64,000 nt of DNA from Escherichia phage vB_EcoM_phAPEC6: sequence record MK817115.1, one strand, 5' to 3'. Shown here in pieces: positions 60,038 through 64,000 of the stretch; position 1 is the first letter of the stretch, and each line of letters opens with the position of its first letter. The notes beneath the pieces are model-generated. The model made no database searches, had not been told where the DNA came from, and saw only the letters and a program-made list of their open reading frames with translations. The position numbers were made by a program, and so were the translations under genes.

Positions 60038-60934
60038 ATGGCAGTTTTTTCTAATTTAGAAGGAACCATGAAGAAGTCCTTCATTCTTGGGAAGAATGGT
60101 GCACAGATTACCACAAATGGTAGTGTTGTGCAAATTCAAAACTACTCAGGAACACAACTTCTTCCAATTTCAGCAGGTGAACCAACTGCAAACACACACT
60201 TGGTTACATTAGGATATTTAAACGCACACAGTGGTGGTGGTAGTTCTGGTATCTTACGTGGAACAACAGCACCATCCGATTCGATCGGTCTAGATGGTGA
60301 CGTTTACTTTTTGGTTGATAGTACTAATGTTCTTCAAATTTATATTAAAGATCTTGGTATTTGGAAACCATTTAAAGGTAGCTCACCTGGGACTGATAGC
60401 TCATATGTAACTACTGAAATAGTTCCTGTTTCTGCATTTACATTAGTGCCAGATACTACTGATCATTATACTTACACACTACCAGAATCAGTTCATGGTA
60501 GAGGTTCTGATATTATGATCCAACTACAAGGTGACCCAGGTAATGTTGCATTGGAATCAGTATTCCAAACCACAGTAACAGTTAGTGGTATTGGGGATAT
60601 AACAATTGATGTGATTGGTCAAATCACAGATTATGCAAGTGTTAAAGTAAACATTATAGGAGCAACAACAATGACAGTACCTTATAGTAAATTGGTAAAC
60701 CAAGCAGATTGGGTTTCTAGTGATGGTGATTTTACAATCACTATTCCTGCATCTGAACACAATCAAACACCAGATAATTTGTATATTTCAATTTATGCAA
60801 ATAAAACACCTGGGAGTGTTTCGTCATCTCCATTTGAATTGGTAGTGACTGATACACAAATTAGTAGTACTGGTGATGTAATCTTCACTTCTGATATTTC
60901 TTTCAGTGGTAAGATTGTCATCTCTGGTAAGTAA
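60038..60934 (+). CDS. Tail fibre protein sharing the N-terminal anchor module with the 57880 gene
   Basis: MAVFSNLEGTMKKSFILGKNGAQI vs MAVFSNFEGTMQPKFILGKKGASI; divergent C-terminus; AAGGAG RBS. Confidence 0.5.
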   Translation: MAVFSNLEGTMKKSFILGKNGAQITTNGSVVQIQNYSGTQLLPISAGEPTANTHLVTLGYLNAHSGGGSSGILRGTTAPSDSIGLDGDVYFLVDSTNVLQIYIKDLGIWKPFKGSSPGTDSSYVTTEIVPVSAFTLVPDTTDHYTYTLPESVHGRGSDIMIQLQGDPGNVALESVFQTTVTVSGIGDITIDVIGQITDYASVKVNIIGATTMTVPYSKLVNQADWVSSDGDFTITIPASEHNQTPDNLYISIYANKTPGSVSSSPFELVVTDTQISSTGDVIFTSDISFSGKIVISGK

Positions 60935-60943
60935 AAAAATTAA

Positions 60944-60973
60944 CCAGACTTGTTCTAAATAAGTCTGGTTTTT
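60944..60973 (+). terminator. Intrinsic terminator (ccagactt, 9-nt loop, aagtctgg, T5)
   Basis: 8-bp stem and T-run read directly. Confidence 0.55.
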
Positions 60974-61071
60974 ATTATATTTGCTTTTGTCAAATAACAT
61001 ATTAATTGTTGGATAACAGCATAATAAAACTAAATATATACATATTAACAAGGTTATAATGGAGGGTATAA

Positions 61072-64000
61072 ATGTACTCAATAAAAACTGACTTAGATAT
61101 TACTGGTGCTGGTACGGTTGGTAAGGATCTTTTAGTCAAAGGAAATGCTGTTTTCAACAATAACCTAACTGTAAATGGTACTGTAACTTTTGCAAATGCA
61201 ACTTTTACTGCCATTGAATCATCAACTGCCAACATTACATCTACTTTAGATGTAGGTGGCAAAGCAACACTTTCTGGTGGTCTTGGTGTTGAGGGTAATA
61301 CTACAATCGGTAGTGCAGTTGTTGGGTCTGATACAGCAACAATTAATTCAAACGCTACCTTTAACGGTACTGTATCAGTTGGTTCTGATTTTACACAAAC
61401 TGCTGGTACAACCACTCTACAAGCAACTAAAGTTAAAAACTTAGAAGTTGCTGAAACAACAGCATTTAAAGGTAATATTACTGCTGATGTTGGGACTACT
61501 GCTGCATTTGATAAAATTACTGCTAATACCGCAGAAATTACTAATGTAAGTACAACAGATATTAGTAGTACTGGTACTGCTACATTTAACGATGTGACAA
61601 TTAGTGGTACACTTGGTGGTGAGTTTAATCTATCTGACTTAAATGCAGTAACATTGAACGTTACTGGTGCATCTAACCAACAAGGTGCAGTAACTTTCGG
61701 TGCTAACGTAACTGGTATTAACAGTACTGCTACTTTTAAAGACATTCGTATTGGTTCTAACTCTGAATCACAAACCTTCAGATTAAGCTTCCCTTACACT
61801 GCTCCTGGTAAACGCCCAACTGTTATTCTACAAAACGAAATTCAGTCCGAGCTAATGTCACCTGCAAACTTGACAGTATTGACCTCTGCTTCTTTTGGTA
61901 ATGCGTCATTATCTTCTTATGGTATTACTGGTAATGGTCTAAACAAATTAGATTATCTAACAGTTTCTGGTAACAATACACAATCACCAGACACACCACT
62001 ATTAGAAGTTCAAAAAGGAAAAACTAAAGTTGCTGACTTTGAAGTAACCGGAACTGCAACTATTCCAAATATCGAAAGTACTGGTACTGCTAATTTTAAT
62101 AACATTAATGTTTCTGGTCTTCTTGGTGGAACGTTCCAACTAGACGATATTAATGCAGTATCTTTGAACGTTACTGGTGTAACTTCATTAGTTGGTGGTG
62201 TTACTCTTGGTTCTAATATTACTGGTTATAACAGTACTGCATCCTTTAAAGCTATCAGCTTAGGTCAAAATAGTCAAGATGCGGCAGTGAAACTAGGTTT
62301 TGGATATACTGCACCAGGTCAACGCCCAACAGTTATTCTACCTAACGAAGTTCAATCAGAAGTCGTTTCTCCTTCTACATTGAACGTTCTTAAAACAGCA
62401 ACTTTCGGTAACGCTTCTCTTTCCACTTATGGTATTACTGGTAACGGTCTAAACAAACTAGATTACCTAACTATTACTGGTAACGAAACACAAGCTCCAG
62501 GTACACCATTCCTACAAGTTGGTGGTAAAGCAATTCTTAATGATGTTGAATTTACTGGAACAGTAACTGGACTAACTGTTGATGTTAGTGGGCAGGATCT
62601 AACACCTAATTCTGTTGTCGCGGCAGCAAATATTAAAGGTGCAACACTTGAAAGTACTGGTAACACTACCGTGGGTGCTAAACTAACTGTTACTGGTGAT
62701 ATTGCTGGTACAACTGCAACTCTTTCTGGTGCATTATCCGCTGGTTCAGTAAGTTCTGGTTCTATTACTGGTACAACTTCTGTATCTGCACCAACAATTA
62801 GTGCATCTACTGAAGTAACGGCCCCTACTATCACTGCGAGTGGAACTGTAAGTGGGCAAACAATTAACGGTACTAATATTAGTGCAACAACTCTGACTGC
62901 ACCAACTATTAGTGGTAATACTAACTTTACAGAAAATGTTGATATTACTGGTAGCTTAACTGTTGGTTCTCTAGACTTGAGCACTACCGATATTAATGCT
63001 AAATCAATCACTACTACTGCTGGTGCAACTATTGGTGGTGATTTAGTAGTTCAAGGCTCTTTTGATTTATCAGCAGCCGACCTTAATGTTAAATCATTAA
63101 CTACTTCTGGTATTGTTAAAAGTAATGATCTTGTTAATGCTAACGTACTTCCAGTACTTAATAGTACTACCATAACGGCAACTACTGTTAATGCTGATGA
63201 TATAACTGTTACCGGATCTGCTAATTTGGGTACAATTTACTCAAGCTCATCTGTTCTAGTTGGGTCAACTTTAACTGTAACTGGTGAAACTACAACTGCA
63301 TCGTTGGTTACCCCAACCATTTCAAATGCAAGTGGTGTCACTATTTCCAATAATACAAATGTAACTGGTGACCTAACTGTTACTGGTGCAGTTATTCCAG
63401 GCTCTATCGATCTAGCAACAACTGATGTTAATGCTAAATCCATTACTACTACTGCTGGTGCAACTATTGGTGGTAACCTAACTGTTAATGGTACAGTAGA
63501 TCTTACTACGGCTGATGTTACTGTCAAATCTTTAACTAGTACTGGTGCAATTGTTAGTAATGAATCCACAATTAGTAGTGTTCTACCTAAACTTCAAAGT
63601 ACTGATGCAACTATTGCAACCCTTGGTTCAACAACTGCAAATATTACTAATTTGAATGTTACTGGTGCATCTACCGTAGCTGACGTAACTTCTTCAGGTA
63701 AAGTTAAAGCAGTTTCTGTAGAAACCCCAACAATTAGTAACGTTGATGGTGTATCTATTTCCAATAATACATCTATTACTGGTGACCTAACAGTTTCTGG
63801 TACAGTAACACCAGGTGCAATTGATTTGAGCACAACTGATGTAAGTGCAAAATCCATTACTACTACCGCTGGAGCAAATATTGGTGGAGATCTTGTTGTT
63901 TCTGGTACAGTTGATTTAAGTGGTGCTGATGTATCTGTTAAATCTCTAACAAGTACTGGTATTATTACAGTTAGTAGTGCAGAAGGTATCAACGTTCTAC
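61072..64000 (+). CDS. Repeat-rich tail fibre protein, 3'-truncated by window end
   Basis: ATG 61072 after GGAGGG RBS; frame read by hand with no stop to position 64000; T/G/V/N/S-rich; absent from ORF track because incomplete. Confidence 0.6.
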   Translation, partial: MYSIKTDLDITGAGTVGKDLLVKGNAVFNNNLTVNGTVTFANATFTAIESSTANITSTLDVGGKATLSGGLGVEGNTTIGSAVVGSDTATINSNATFNGTVSVGSDFTQTAGTTTLQATKVKNLEVAETTAFKGNITADVGTTAAFDKITANTAEITNVSTTDISSTGTATFNDVTISGTLGGEFNLSDLNAVTLNVTGASNQQGAVTFGANVTGINSTATFKDIRIGSNSESQTFRLSFPYTAPGKRPTVILQNEIQSELMSPANLTVLTSASFGNASLSSYGITGNGLNKLDYLTVSGNNTQSPDTPLLEVQKGKTKVADFEVTGTATIPNIESTGTANFNNINVSGLLGGTFQLDDINAVSLNVTGVTSLVGGVTLGSNITGYNSTASFKAISLGQNSQDAAVKLGFGYTAPGQRPTVILPNEVQSEVVSPSTLNVLKTATFGNASLSTYGITGNGLNKLDYLTITGNETQAPGTPFLQVGGKAILNDVEFTGTVTGLTVDVSGQDLTPNSVVAAANIKGATLESTGNTTVGAKLTVTGDIAGTTATLSGALSAGSVSSGSITGTTSVSAPTISASTEVTAPTITASGTVSGQTINGTNISATTLTAPTISGNTNFTENVDITGSLTVGSLDLSTTDINAKSITTTAGATIGGDLVVQGSFDLSAADLNVKSLTTSGIVKSNDLVNANVLPVLNSTTITATTVNADDITVTGSANLGTIYSSSSVLVGSTLTVTGETTTASLVTPTISNASGVTISNNTNVTGDLTVTGAVIPGSIDLATTDVNAKSITTTAGATIGGNLTVNGTVDLTTADVTVKSLTSTGAIVSNESTISSVLPKLQSTDATIATLGSTTANITNLNVTGASTVADVTSSGKVKAVSVETPTISNVDGVSISNNTSITGDLTVSGTVTPGAIDLSTTDVSAKSITTTAGANIGGDLVVSGTVDLSGADVSVKSLTSTGIITVSSAEGINVL
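61567..62590 (+). repeat. Tandem duplication of a ~512-bp coding unit inside the fibre gene
   Basis: agtactggtactgct... and ggtattactggtaa(t/c)ggtctaaacaaa(t/c)tagatta(t/c)ctaac recur ~510 nt apart; protein blocks YTAPG(K/Q)RPTVIL and YGITGNGLNKLDYLT repeat. Confidence 0.6.
62981..63980 (+). repeat. Three tandem ~415-440-bp coding repeats (~140 aa each) in the fibre gene
   Basis: a(c/a)tga(t/c)(a/g)t(t/a)a(a/g)tgc(t/a)aaatc(a/c)at(c/t)actactac(t/c)gctgg(t/a)gcaa(c/a)tattggtgg(t/a) recurs at ~62981, ~63421, ~63835. Confidence 0.6.

Noticed and set aside
61002-63992. Four minus-strand ORFs (61002..61745, 62463..63011, 63237..63569, 63594..63992) encoding Val/Pro/Leu/Thr-rich proteins
   Set aside because: They are antisense to the open plus-strand fibre frame starting at 61072. 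The plus frame has a good RBS and typical codons, and the antisense of a Thr/Gly/Val/Asn-rich gene is naturally open.
61072-64000. Diversity-generating retroelement acting on the repetitive fibre gene
   Set aside because: No reverse transcriptase is present in the window, and the repeats are in-frame tandem coding units rather than a template/variable repeat pair.

Overview
Gene-dense segment of a low-GC, T4-like (probably jumbo) myovirus genome; all calls are from reading the sequence and motif recall, with no database search run. Order along the window: a replication/chaperone block on the minus strand (RNase H, GroES-like co-chaperonin, zinc-ribbon protein, family B DNA polymerase); a displaced tail fibre plus chaperone pair; two free-standing nuclease-like genes; a T4-ordered head module on the minus strand (portal, gp67-like, acidic gp68-like, prohead protease, scaffold, major capsid); an ~830 bp ORF-free region; endonuclease VII, SbcC/SbcD-like (gp46/gp47) and gp55-like late sigma; then a plus-strand baseplate module (spike with GH24 lysozyme, free lysozyme, gp25-like, gp6-like, a 3333-aa giant protein), a divergent ClpA-like ATPase, a Nudix hydrolase and a tail-fibre cluster ending in a 3'-truncated repeat-rich fibre gene. 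Exact T4 late-promoter boxes (TATAAATA) and stem-loop/T-run terminators punctuate the operons. Most worth a second look: the giant ORF, the phage-borne GroES/ClpA chaperones, the ORF-free GC-richer region at 22.6-23.4 kb, the nuclease island at 11.1-13.0 kb and the modular, repeat-driven fibre genes. The ORF track lists only complete ORFs and sometimes starts them at TTG/GTG, so several starts were re-picked by RBS and two partial genes at the window edges were added by hand.
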